A program made the translations under genes and the position numbers. This document shows, in pieces, positions 30,554-41,013 of a DNA stretch of 64,000 nucleotides. A model generated the notes under the pieces. The model searched no databases. It was not told the DNA's origin and saw only the letters and a list, made by a program, of their open reading frames with translations. This DNA comes from Longimicrobiales bacterium (GTDB taxonomy: Bacteria; Gemmatimonadota; Gemmatimonadetes; Longimicrobiales; Gaopeijiaceae), in the NCBI GenBank assembly GCA_965204735.1, contig OZ242008.1, positions 1,984,001-2,048,000 of the forward strand, in the 5' to 3' direction. How positions within the stretch are numbered: position 1 is the stretch's first letter; each line of letters opens with the position of its first letter.

Positions 30554-31520
30554 CGGGAACCGCGTATCCGAACGCCATCAGAGTCTCCCTCTTCCGCCGC
30601 CACCCGTCCGACACCTTGACCCACAGGTCCAGGTACACGCGAGCACCGAGAAAGTCCTCGATCTTCCGCCGGGCGTCGCGCCCCAGGGCCTTGATCCCCG
30701 CACCTCCCTTGCCGACCACGATTCCCTTCTGCGAGTTCCGCTCCACATAGACGACCGCCGCCACGTACACCGGGTCCTCGCTCTCCCGAAGCTCCTCGAC
30801 GCGCACCGCGACCGAGTACGGCACTTCCTGGCGGTACAGGCCGAAGACCGCCTCCCTGACGATCTCCTGAACGAAGAACCGCACGGGCGCCGTCGCAAGG
30901 TCGTCCTTCGGGTACAGAAACGGGCTCGTCGGCAGCTTCGCCCGCAGGAAGGCCAGGAGCGGTTCCAAGCCGGCGCCCTCCCTTGCCGACACCGCGAACG
31001 CCGGCAGCCCGAGACGCCGGGCCGCTCCCTTCGCCCTCCGCGCCGCGAAGGCGCCCTGGTCCGACTTGTTGACCGCCGCCGCGGCCGGACAGCCTATTCC
31101 GCGAAGGAAGCCCGCCAAGCGCCTCCACTCTCCGGCGGAAGTGCTCCTCGCGCCGTCCACGACCACGACGGCCGCGTCCGCGTCGTGGCGGGCCGCCTCA
31201 GTCTCCGTCGCCATCGACCGGTGAAAGAGGCTGGGGCCGTCCACGAAACCGGGCGTGTCCACAAAGACCATCTGGACGTCGCGCTCCGTGCGTATCCCCG
31301 TCACGCGCTGCCACGTCGACTGCGCCTTGGCGGCAACGATCCCGAGCGGACGCCCCACCAGGGCGTTGAGCAGCGTCGACTTGCCCGCGTTGGGCAGACC
31401 GGCCAGGACTACGAACCCAGCCCGAGTCGGCGGGCGCGACGCCGCGGGACGCGGGCCGACAGCCCGCGCCGACTGCCCCGGAGCGCTCTTCGACCGACTC
31501 GGTTCCGTGGATGGGTGCAT
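30540..31520 (-). CDS. era: GTPase Era
   Basis: GLPNAGKST, DTPG, NKSD, EVPYS, KH-domain VVGKGG, YLDLWVKV. Confidence 0.95.
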   Translation of the reverse strand: MHPSTEPSRSKSAPGQSARAVGPRPAASRPPTRAGFVVLAGLPNAGKSTLLNALVGRPLGIVAAKAQSTWQRVTGIRTERDVQMVFVDTPGFVDGPSLFHRSMATETEAARHDADAAVVVVDGARSTSAGEWRRLAGFLRGIGCPAAAAVNKSDQGAFAARRAKGAARRLGLPAFAVSAREGAGLEPLLAFLRAKLPTSPFLYPKDDLATAPVRFFVQEIVREAVFGLYRQEVPYSVAVRVEELRESEDPVYVAAVVYVERNSQKGIVVGKGGAGIKALGRDARRKIEDFLGARVYLDLWVKVSDGWRRKRETLMAFGYAVPDEGE

Positions 31521-31563
31521 GGCCGGAGTGGAAGGGCGCCTGGCCGGGCTCCCGCGGGGGGGA

Positions 31564-31593
31564 GACAGTCCAAGGTCATGAGAAGCAGGCGGG
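31564..31593. repeat. 3' arm of the 16S precursor processing stem
   Basis: gacagtccaaggtcatgagaagcaggcggg is an inverted repeat of 33362-33390. Confidence 0.85.
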
Positions 31594-31652
31594 TAGACAC
31601 GAGATTCTTTCGGGACCGGTCCTCGAGAGAAACCGCCCCTACTCGAAACTCC

Positions 31653-33212
<1,560 letters not shown>

Positions 33213-33361
33213 TAGATCGCTTGAACAGCTCTTGCGAACACCGGACCTTCTTTCAGGTCCCTTGTTCGGAATCTGCGTTGGTTGACCCCATCGCCAAGAC
33301 CCCGGCCGAAACCGAAGACCGGCGAAAAACCGGCAGGACACAGTGCCCGCCGGCGGAGGGG

Positions 33362-33390
33362 CCCGCCCGCTTCTCATGACCTAGACTGTC
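33362..33390. repeat. 5' arm of the 16S precursor processing stem
   Basis: cccgcccgcttctcatgacctagactgtc; on the transcript it pairs with 31564-31593 (about 29 bp, 2 G-U pairs, 1 bulge). Confidence 0.85.
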
Positions 33391-33487
33391 AAGAAACCGC
33401 GCTGGGGCTCGGGAGCCCCGGAACCGAAGCGACCCGGGAACCGCTCGTGTGGATGGAGCCGCCCCAAGGCGTCGCTGGGAAGCTTGA

Positions 33488-33516
33488 AGGGTACAACGGC
33501 CCGGCAGGGCTGTCAA
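33488..33516 (-). promoter_or_regulatory. Putative sigma70 promoter of the 16S gene
   Basis: TTGACA-17 nt-TACCCT, upstream of the leader stem. Confidence 0.7.
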
Positions 33517-33535
33517 CGCCCTGGCCGAAGCGAAG

Positions 33536-33610
33536 GGTGGGCGACCGGATTCGAACCGGCGACCTCCGGAACCACAATCCGGCGCTCTAACCGACTGAGC
33601 TACGCCCACC
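33536..33610 (-). tRNA. tRNA-His (GTG)
   Basis: GGTGGGCGTAGCTCAGTCGGTTAGAGCGCCGGATTGTGGTTCCGGAGGTCGCCGGTTCGAATCCGGTCGCCCACC; G-1:C73 present. Confidence 0.96.
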
Positions 33611-33939
33611 ATCGTCCCCCCCGGCGGCCTGGAAGTCGTCCCCCCGGCAGGCCGGAAGCGGCTTCCACGCCGGCCGAGGAAGGGCGCCCCCGACAAGCTG
33701 GCGCCGCCGAACTCCCGAACGACGAGAACGACGAACGGACCGCCGAGCCGGAAGAAGGAAGGTAGGTCATCGGCTCTGTCGCGCAAGCCCGCCAGGCTGC
33801 ACTCGCCCCGCCGAGGCCGCCGACCCGCTTGCCCCGCCGGCGCCGGCCTTCGTACTCTGCCCCTTCCCGCCCGGCCTGCTTGGAGCCCGCGCGCCGACGC
33901 GCGGCCTGGGTGCGACCCCACGACCATGGAGTGAACGGA

Positions 33940-35469
33940 ATGATCCCCCGACCCGCCCTTTCGGCCGCCGTCGCGTTCGTCGCGTTCGGATGCGCTCCCC
34001 CCGACGACGGCTTCCAAGCCGACGACGGAGCAGGCGCCCCTCTCCCCGCCGGCAGCGACGCGGCCGCCGTCGCCGCCAGGGGCGAGGCCCTGGAGATTCC
34101 CGGCGAATGGGTCGTCCCGCCCGGCGACTCCATGCTCCATCACACCGCCGGATTCGCAAAGGTCCTTTGCTCGAACGTCTTCCTCTCGGGACTGGACCCG
34201 GCGTTCGCCGCCGCCAACACGGGCTTCTTCTCGTCCCCCAGGGAACCCCGGGCGGCGGTGACCGACACGGTGGTGGACTTCGAGAACAAGCGCGTCCACC
34301 TCGCGCTGCCCGACGGAACGGTCCGTTCGGCCAAGCTCCACGGCGGGCAGGGCTGCGTCGCGCTCCCCCTTGGCGAGTCGGAGCCCTTCTACGACGCCGT
34401 GGAGATCGAGGCCGACCTGCCGGACCCGGAGACCGCTCCTTGGCCCATGGGCGACCTCCTTCCCGGCGAGCCCTTCCCCGCCGACGTGGACATGGACAAG
34501 GTGGCGCAGGCGGTGGACGCCGCCTTCGATCCGCCCGAGGCCCTCACCGCGGCGTTCGTGGTCGTCCACCGGGGACGGCTCCTGGGAGAGCGGTACCGCC
34601 AAGGGATCGACCACGCGACTCCTTTGGAGAGCTGGTCGATGGGAAAGAGCCTGACGGGGACCCTGATGGGCGTGCTGATCCAGAAGGGCGTGTACGACCT
34701 CTGGCAACCGGCCCCGGTTCCCGAGTGGCAGTCCGAGGGCGACCCCCGGCAGGCCGTGCGGATCGGCGACGTGATGCGCATGTCGTCCGGGCTGCGCTTC
34801 CGCAACCGCAGCGACCCCGGCTACGACCCCTCCGTCGGCTACCCCGACCACCTCTACGTCTACACGGGCACCGTCAACTCGTTCCAGTGGGCGGCGAGCA
34901 AGGATCTCCAATGGGAGCCGGGAACCGTCGGCCGCTACCGGAACTCGGATCCGGTGATCACCAACTACCTGATCCGCCTGGGCGTGGAGCGTCTCGGCGA
35001 GAACTACCACGAGTTCCCCCAGCGCCACCTCTTCGACAAGCTGGGCATCCGCAACCTGATTCCCGAGACCGATCCCTACGGCAACTTCCTCCTCCAGGGC
35101 TACGAGTTCGGGAGCGGGCGCGACTGGGCTCGCCTGGGCGCCCTGTACCTTGCCGACGGCGTGGCGAACGGCGAACGGCTCCTGCCGGAGGGGTACGTGG
35201 AGTACGTCTCCACCTTGGCCCCCGGGTGGGAGGCCGACGGGCGCCACCAGTACGGAGGCGGCTTCTTCTGGGTGAACCAGGCCGGGCAGTTCCCCGTTCC
35301 CGAGAGCGCGTTCTTCATGGCCGGGGCCGGAGGGCAGTACACCATCGTGGTCCCCAGCCACGACTTGGTGGTGGTGCGCCTTGGCCACTACAGCGGATCG
35401 GGTCCGGGCCGGAGCGCGCTGGACAACGCGCTGGGCATGCTGATGGAGGCGGTCCCGACGGCGGGCTGA
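33940..35469 (+). CDS. Serine hydrolase, beta-lactamase class C-like/NylB family lipoprotein
   Basis: Lipobox VAFG-C, SxxK (SMGK), YRNSD, AGAGGQY. Confidence 0.88.
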   Translation: MIPRPALSAAVAFVAFGCAPPDDGFQADDGAGAPLPAGSDAAAVAARGEALEIPGEWVVPPGDSMLHHTAGFAKVLCSNVFLSGLDPAFAAANTGFFSSPREPRAAVTDTVVDFENKRVHLALPDGTVRSAKLHGGQGCVALPLGESEPFYDAVEIEADLPDPETAPWPMGDLLPGEPFPADVDMDKVAQAVDAAFDPPEALTAAFVVVHRGRLLGERYRQGIDHATPLESWSMGKSLTGTLMGVLIQKGVYDLWQPAPVPEWQSEGDPRQAVRIGDVMRMSSGLRFRNRSDPGYDPSVGYPDHLYVYTGTVNSFQWAASKDLQWEPGTVGRYRNSDPVITNYLIRLGVERLGENYHEFPQRHLFDKLGIRNLIPETDPYGNFLLQGYEFGSGRDWARLGALYLADGVANGERLLPEGYVEYVSTLAPGWEADGRHQYGGGFFWVNQAGQFPVPESAFFMAGAGGQYTIVVPSHDLVVVRLGHYSGSGPGRSALDNALGMLMEAVPTAG

Positions 35470-35478
35470 CCGCCCGGA

Positions 35479-35552
35479 CGCGCCCGCCAGGACTCGAACC
35501 TGGGACCCTCGGCTTAGAAGGCCGATGCTCTATCCGTCTGAGCTACGGGCGC
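35479..35552 (-). tRNA. tRNA-Arg (TCT)
   Basis: GCGCCCGTAGCTCAGACGGATAGAGCATCGGCCTTCTAAGCCGAGGGTCCCAGGTTCGAGTCCTGGCGGGCGCG. Confidence 0.96.
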
Positions 35553-35692
35553 ATCGCGACGTCGGAAGCTAACCGCGGAAGGCGAGGCCGTTCCAGGACG
35601 CGGGGCCGGAGAGACCGGGCGGGATGCCCGTCGCCGGAGTCCGGGCCCCTCGTCGGGCCGGGGAGGGCGCCCGCTCGCCGCTGCCAGGCGCG

Positions 35693-35776
35693 CGCCCCCG
35701 CGGGAGAGGTGGCGGCGCCAGATTGCCGCCGATCCGGCAGTTTGACAGCCGCACGCCCCCGCGGGAGAGGTGGCGG
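35693..35776. repeat. Perfect 23-bp direct repeat, 2 copies
   Basis: CGCCCCCGCGGGAGAGGTGGCGG at 35693-35715 and 35754-35776. Confidence 0.85.
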
Positions 35777-35900
35777 GCCGGGCCGGACGGCGCGACATTC
35801 CTGAAGCTTGCCGAACGCGGAATCTTCTCGGCCGCGCGGTCCCGCCCGCTGCGGCGAGCCGCCTGCAGAATCGCTCTCCGACCCGGAAGACGAGCCCGTC

Positions 35901-36101
35901 ATGCCAGACCGACGCTCCCAGTGGGAGGACACGGCCTTCTTCGTGGGCACCCTGACGCTGATCGCCGGCGGCGGGCTCGTGATCCAGGCGGGGCTGGAGC
36001 TCCCGCCCTTGCAGGCCAAGCTGGTGTGGGGCGGCGTCGGCCTCCTGTGGGGCGCAGTGCTGATCAGGGTGTGGATCTTCCGCGAGGGCAGGAGAGGCTG
36101 A
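35901..36101 (+). CDS. Small two-TM hypothetical protein (66 aa)
   Basis: MPDRRSQWEDTAFFVGTLTLIAGGGLVI...LVWGGVGLLWGAVLIRVWIF. Confidence 0.65.
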   Translation: MPDRRSQWEDTAFFVGTLTLIAGGGLVIQAGLELPPLQAKLVWGGVGLLWGAVLIRVWIFREGRRG

Positions 36102-36131
36102 CGGACCTCTCCCGGGCGAGGCGGCGCCGGA

Positions 36132-36968
36132 CTAGGCGCCGGTCGTGCCCGTCGCTTGAAGCTTCTCGGGCTCGCCGGCGGAGGAGGAGCGGTCCGCCTT
36201 CCCCTCCAGGCTGGCCTTCAGCGCCTCCATGAGGTCGATGATCTTCGTGTCCGGCTCGGCGGCGGGCGCCACCGTGATCTGCTCGCCTTCGATCTTCCGC
36301 TCGATGAGGGCCATCACCCGCTCCCGGACCTCGTCCTTGTAGAGGGACGGGTCGAAGGAGTCGCTGCTTGCCTGGTCCACCAGCTGACGCGCCAGGGCCA
36401 GCTCCGCCTCGGCCACCTCCCCGTCCTCCCTGGGAACGTCCTCGAACGAGCGAACTTCGTCGGCGTAGAGGAGCTGTTCCATGACCAGCCCCTCTTTCTC
36501 GGGCCGAATCGCCACCAAGTACTGCTTCCCCCTCGCGGAGTAGCGCGCCACGGCCGTCTTCCCCGAGTCCAGGAGCGCGGCCGACAGCAGCCGGTACGCC
36601 CGGGCGCCCCCCGTTGCCGGGCCCAGGTAGTAGGCGCGCTGCAAGTAGAGGCGCTCGATCTCCTTGGCCGGGACGAACTCGACGATCTCGATCGAGTCAT
36701 TCGACTGGGCCTCCAGAGCCTTGAGCTCGTCGGCCTCGAAGGTCACGAACTGGTCCTTGGCGAACTCGTACCCCTTGATCATCTTCTCGCGAGGCACCAC
36801 TTCGCCGGTCTGCACGTCCACGTACTGCTGCTTGACCCTGGCTCCCGTCTCCTTGTTGATCCAATTGAAGCGCACCTTTGCCGACGACTGCCCGGTGGCG
36901 TACAGCTTCACCGGCAGGGAGACCAACCCGAAGGAGATCGTGGACGCGGCAATCGGTCGAGCGCTCAT
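36132..36968 (-). CDS. ku: NHEJ DNA end-binding protein Ku
   Basis: ISFGLVSLPVKLY, KGYE, YYLGP, IIDLMEALKASL; alternative ATG at 36980. Confidence 0.95.
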   Translation of the reverse strand: MSARPIAASTISFGLVSLPVKLYATGQSSAKVRFNWINKETGARVKQQYVDVQTGEVVPREKMIKGYEFAKDQFVTFEADELKALEAQSNDSIEIVEFVPAKEIERLYLQRAYYLGPATGGARAYRLLSAALLDSGKTAVARYSARGKQYLVAIRPEKEGLVMEQLLYADEVRSFEDVPREDGEVAEAELALARQLVDQASSDSFDPSLYKDEVRERVMALIERKIEGEQITVAPAAEPDTKIIDLMEALKASLEGKADRSSSAGEPEKLQATGTTGA

Positions 36969-36975
36969 GGGAGGA

Positions 36976-37005
36976 AACATATGACGGCCCAGGCGGAAGG
37001 ATCAA
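36976..37005 (-). promoter_or_regulatory. Putative promoter for a leaderless ku mRNA, overlapping the ligD start
   Basis: TTGATC-18 nt-TATGTT-7 nt-ATG(36968). Confidence 0.5.
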
Positions 37006-39623
37006 GGGCGGGCGCTGGACCAGGCGGGGGCGCGCCGAACGAAGCCGCGGGGCACGCCTCGGGACGCCCCGAGTCAAGCGGCCGCCTCGACAACTACAGG
37101 GCGAAGCGGTCGCCGTCGGGAACCGGCGAGCCCTTCGGCGGACGCCCGGGCGACGCGGGTCCCGGCAGCGAGGCCCTCGGGCGGCGGCTCTTCGTCGTCC
37201 AGAAGCACAGCGCCACCGCCCTCCACTGGGACTTTCGGATGGAGATGGACGGCGTGCTCGTCTCCTGGGCCGTTCCCAAGGGTCCTTCGCCGAACCAAGC
37301 CGACAAGCGCTTGGCCGTCCACGTCGAGGACCACCCGCTGGAGTACGCGAGCTTCGAGGGGGTGATCCCCAAGGGCAACTACGGGGCCGGCGCCATGATC
37401 GTGTGGGACCGGGGCACGTGGGTTCCCGTGGAGGACCCGGGCGAAGGCATGAAGAAGGGCAAGCTCCTCTTCGACCTGAACGGCTACAAGCTGCGGGGGC
37501 GGTGGACGCTGGTGCGGACGAAGGCGGGGGCCGGAAAGCACTGGCTCCTCATCAAGGAGCGCGACGCCTACGAAGACCCGGCAGGGTCCACCGGCGACTA
37601 CCCCGACGACTCGATCCTCTCGGGGCTGACCGTGGACGAGCTCGGCGAGGGGGGCGACTTCGGGGCGGAGCTGCGCGAGCGGTGCGTCGGTTGGGGGGCG
37701 GTCGCTTCCTCGGCGAGGGCGACCGAGATCGCGGTGATGACGGCCGAGAGCAGCGACCAGCCCTTTTCCCGCGAGGGATGGGTCTTCGAGATCAAGCACG
37801 ACGGCTACCGGTTGCTGGCCGACTCTTCGGGAGGAGCTGCGACCCTGGTCTCGCGCAACGGAAACGACCTGACCGCGACCTTCCCCGAGGTTGCCCGGGC
37901 GCTGCGGGGCCTGCCCTACCGCTCGCTGACGATGGACGGCGAGGTGGTGGTGGCCGACGAGACCGGAATCCCGCGCTTCGGGCTGATCCAGAAGAGGGGC
38001 CGAATTCTTCGCCAAGCCGACGCGGAACGGGCCGCGCTGCGCCTGCCCGCCACGTACTGGGCGTTCGACCTGCTGGCGTTCGAGGGACACGACCTGAGGG
38101 AGCTGCCGCTGCTGAGGCGGAAGGAGCTCTTGAGGGAGGTGCTTCCCACGGTCGGACCGCTCCGCTACTCCGACCACGTGGCCGAGCGCGGCGAGGAGAT
38201 GTTCCGCCACGTGACCGACCTGGGGCTGGAAGGCGTCGTCGGCAAGCGCGCCGACTCGACCTACGTGGCCGGCCGCAGCCGCTCGTGGCTGAAGGTGCGG
38301 CAAGTGCGTTCCGGCGACTTCGCGATTCACGGCTTCACCGAACCCAAGAGGGGGATCCGGGGCTTCGGCGCCCTCCACTTGGCAGTGCGCGGCGACGAGG
38401 GGTTCGTGTACGCAGGTCGGGTGGGAACCGGCTTCTCGGAGGCGCTCCTGCGGGAGCTGGGGGACCGCCTGCGGGCCATGCCCGAGGCGAGGCCGCCGAG
38501 GGGCGAGAAGGCGCCGAACACCGAGCGCGACCGATGGGTGGCGCCCGAGCTGGTGGCCGAAGTGGAGTTCAAGGAAGTCTCGGCGGCGGGGCTGTTGAGG
38601 GAGCCCGCCTTCGTGCGCCTGCGCGACGACAAGTCGCCGGAGGAGTGTGGCGCCGCCGAGTGGAGCCGGGCGCTGCCGGAGCCCGCGCCGCCCACCGCTT
38701 CCGCCGGATCGGAGCGGGCGGTCCGCTTCTCCAACTTGGAGAAGCCCTTCTGGCCGGACGACGGATACGCGAAGAGGGACTTGGTGGAGTACTACCGAGC
38801 GGTGGCGCCGTGGCTGCTCCCCCACTTGGCGGATCGACCGCTGGTGCTCACTCGCTACCCCGACGGGATTCACGGCAAGTCGTTCTTTCAGAAGAACGCG
38901 CCGGAGCACGCGCCGGAGTGGATTCGGCGGATCCGCGTCTACAGCGAGGGGTCGAAGCGCGAGCTCGACTACTTCGTGGCCGAGGACCTGGAGTCCCTGC
39001 TGTGGGTGGCCAACAGCGCCAGCATTCCCCTTCACGTGTGGCAGAGCCGAACTGCCGACCTGGGGCGACCGGACTACTGCGTCCTGGACCTGGACCCCAA
39101 GGAGGCGCCGTTCTCGGACGTGGCGAGGATCGCCCTCTTCCTCAAGGAAGTGTGCGACGAGATCGGACTCCCCGCGTTCGTCAAGACCAGCGGCTCCACC
39201 GGGCTCCACGTCATGATTCCCCTGGGCCGCCAAGCCACCTACGAGCAGTCCCGACGCCTGGGAAACATCCTGGCGCTGGCGGCCGTTCGGGAGCTGCCCG
39301 ACGCGGCCACCGTGGCCCGCCGTCCCGAGCAGCGCGAGGGAAAGGTCTACGTGGACTTCGTGCAGAACGGCCACGGCCGGCTGGTCGTGGCGCCCTACTG
39401 CGTGCGGCCCCTGCCCCGGGCCCCGGTGTCGACGCCCTTGGAATGGGAAGAAGTGAACGGGCGCCTAGTGATCGCCGACCACAACATCAAGACGGTGCCG
39501 GAGCGGATGGCCCGCCGAGGGACCGATCCTCTGGACGGACTGCTGGCGCTGAAGCCGGACTTGGGCCGCAGCCTCGACGGCCTTCGCGCGACCCTGCTTG
39601 CCCAGCGGTCGCCGACTCCATGA
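36981..39623 (+). CDS. ligD: NHEJ DNA ligase D (phosphoesterase-ligase-polymerase)
   Basis: PE domain QKHSATALHWDFR, ligase EIKHDGYR and EGVVGK, polymerase RYPDG, DLD, KTSG; GGAGG 6 nt before ATG 36981. Confidence 0.95.
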   Translation: MTAQAEGSRAGAGPGGGAPNEAAGHASGRPESSGRLDNYRAKRSPSGTGEPFGGRPGDAGPGSEALGRRLFVVQKHSATALHWDFRMEMDGVLVSWAVPKGPSPNQADKRLAVHVEDHPLEYASFEGVIPKGNYGAGAMIVWDRGTWVPVEDPGEGMKKGKLLFDLNGYKLRGRWTLVRTKAGAGKHWLLIKERDAYEDPAGSTGDYPDDSILSGLTVDELGEGGDFGAELRERCVGWGAVASSARATEIAVMTAESSDQPFSREGWVFEIKHDGYRLLADSSGGAATLVSRNGNDLTATFPEVARALRGLPYRSLTMDGEVVVADETGIPRFGLIQKRGRILRQADAERAALRLPATYWAFDLLAFEGHDLRELPLLRRKELLREVLPTVGPLRYSDHVAERGEEMFRHVTDLGLEGVVGKRADSTYVAGRSRSWLKVRQVRSGDFAIHGFTEPKRGIRGFGALHLAVRGDEGFVYAGRVGTGFSEALLRELGDRLRAMPEARPPRGEKAPNTERDRWVAPELVAEVEFKEVSAAGLLREPAFVRLRDDKSPEECGAAEWSRALPEPAPPTASAGSERAVRFSNLEKPFWPDDGYAKRDLVEYYRAVAPWLLPHLADRPLVLTRYPDGIHGKSFFQKNAPEHAPEWIRRIRVYSEGSKRELDYFVAEDLESLLWVANSASIPLHVWQSRTADLGRPDYCVLDLDPKEAPFSDVARIALFLKEVCDEIGLPAFVKTSGSTGLHVMIPLGRQATYEQSRRLGNILALAAVRELPDAATVARRPEQREGKVYVDFVQNGHGRLVVAPYCVRPLPRAPVSTPLEWEEVNGRLVIADHNIKTVPERMARRGTDPLDGLLALKPDLGRSLDGLRATLLAQRSPTP

Positions 39624-39678
39624 CCCGGCCGGCACGCGCGCAGTCCTTCCGTAGGGGCACGCGGCCGGTCCTGCCGGA

Positions 39679-41001
39679 TCAGGACTGATCGGACGCCGAG
39701 ATGCCGTAGCGGCGCAGGGTGTTCTCGATCGTCGGCCGCTCGAGGCGGATGCGGTCGTCGTTGAGGAGGCAGGAGAAGACGTATCCGGCGCCCAGCATCA
39801 GGATGCCAACCAGGAAGCAGTACATCACCGCCCGATCCGGGTAGGTGTCCTTGAGGTACCCGACGTACATCGGCCCCACGATCCCGGCGGCCGCCCACGC
39901 GGTCAGGATCGCTCCGTACACCGCCGACATCCGCTTGCCGCCGAAGACGTCCAGCACGAACGACGGCATGGTGGCGAAGCCGCCGCCGAAGCACAGGAGG
40001 ACGTAGCACACGAGGGCGGAGAAGACCCACGGGTTCTCCTCGGTCATGAGAAGGCCGAAGACGATCATCTGGCTGGCCAGAAGCACGCGGAAGACCTGGA
40101 CGCGGCCCAAGCGGTCCGAGAGCAGTCCCCAAAAGAGCCGTCCGACCCCGTTGAAGAGCGAGCTCACGGCGATCAGGGTGGCGCCGTAGGCGGCCAGCGT
40201 GGCCGGTTCCAGAGTCGGATCGGCGTACCCCCACACCTCCTGCAGCAGCTCGGACTGGAAGCTGATCACCGAGATGCCCGCGGCGATGTTGAAGAAGAAG
40301 ACCACCCACATGATCGCGAACTCGGACGACGCCAAGTAGCGCCGCACCGACACTTCGCGGGGACCGTAGGACTCGCTCCGGCTTCGGGACTGCGCGGCTT
40401 GCTCGACGGGCTCGCCCGGCGGATTGCTCAGCACGAGGCTGCAAGGCACCAGGATGCAGGCGAAGAGGACGCCCAGCCACATGAAGACCTTGGACAAGTC
40501 GCCGTCCGTGTACTCGACCAGGAACGGAGCGAACCCCTTGCTCAGCAGGAAGGCGCCGACGCCGAACCCCATCACCACGATCCCCGTCACCAGTCCCTTG
40601 CGGTCCGGAAACCACTTGGCCGCCGTGGCGACCGGGGTCACGTAGCCGAAGCCGATCCCCGCGCCCCCTATGGCGCCGTAGCCCAGGTAGAAGAGCGGCA
40701 CCATGTCGAGCCGAAGGGCGACGCCGGCGATGATGTAGCCGATCGAGAACATCAGGCTCCCGGCCACCGCCAGCTTGCGCGGCCCCACCCGGGGAAGCGC
40801 CGACCCCGCCCACGCCGCGGAGATGCCCAGCGAGAAGATGGCGATGCTGAACGCCATCGAGGTCTGGGAGTGGGTCCAGTTGAACTGGCGAACCAGGATG
40901 GTGCCGAAGTAGCTCCACGCGTAGACCGTGCCGAAGCAGACCTGAAGGAGCGTGCAGAAGAGGGCGACCAGGGCTCGCGAGGGCCCCCGTTTTCTCGACA
41001 T
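39679..41001 (-). CDS. MFS transporter, oxalate/formate antiporter (OFA)-like
   Basis: GTVYAWS, GFGYVTPVATAAKWFPDRKGL, NGVGRLFWGLLSDRLGR; about 12 TM segments. Confidence 0.9.
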   Translation of the reverse strand: MSRKRGPSRALVALFCTLLQVCFGTVYAWSYFGTILVRQFNWTHSQTSMAFSIAIFSLGISAAWAGSALPRVGPRKLAVAGSLMFSIGYIIAGVALRLDMVPLFYLGYGAIGGAGIGFGYVTPVATAAKWFPDRKGLVTGIVVMGFGVGAFLLSKGFAPFLVEYTDGDLSKVFMWLGVLFACILVPCSLVLSNPPGEPVEQAAQSRSRSESYGPREVSVRRYLASSEFAIMWVVFFFNIAAGISVISFQSELLQEVWGYADPTLEPATLAAYGATLIAVSSLFNGVGRLFWGLLSDRLGRVQVFRVLLASQMIVFGLLMTEENPWVFSALVCYVLLCFGGGFATMPSFVLDVFGGKRMSAVYGAILTAWAAAGIVGPMYVGYLKDTYPDRAVMYCFLVGILMLGAGYVFSCLLNDDRIRLERPTIENTLRRYGISASDQS

Positions 41002-41013
41002 CGGCGTTGCCTG

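Noticed and set aside
33940..35469. Beta-lactam resistance gene
   Set aside because: The SxxK fold is shared with esterases and amidases, and the class C KTG motif is absent.
33611..35478. tRNA-anchored genomic island around the serine hydrolase or ku/ligD
   Set aside because: No integrase, no duplicated tRNA 3' end and no obvious compositional shift.
35693..35776. 23-bp repeat pair as a CRISPR array or att sites
   Set aside because: Two copies only, no cas or integrase gene, and no match to a tRNA 3' end.
36156..36980. N-terminal extension of LigD (1155-aa ORF)
   Set aside because: It is antisense to ku; the SD and domain start support ATG 36981.
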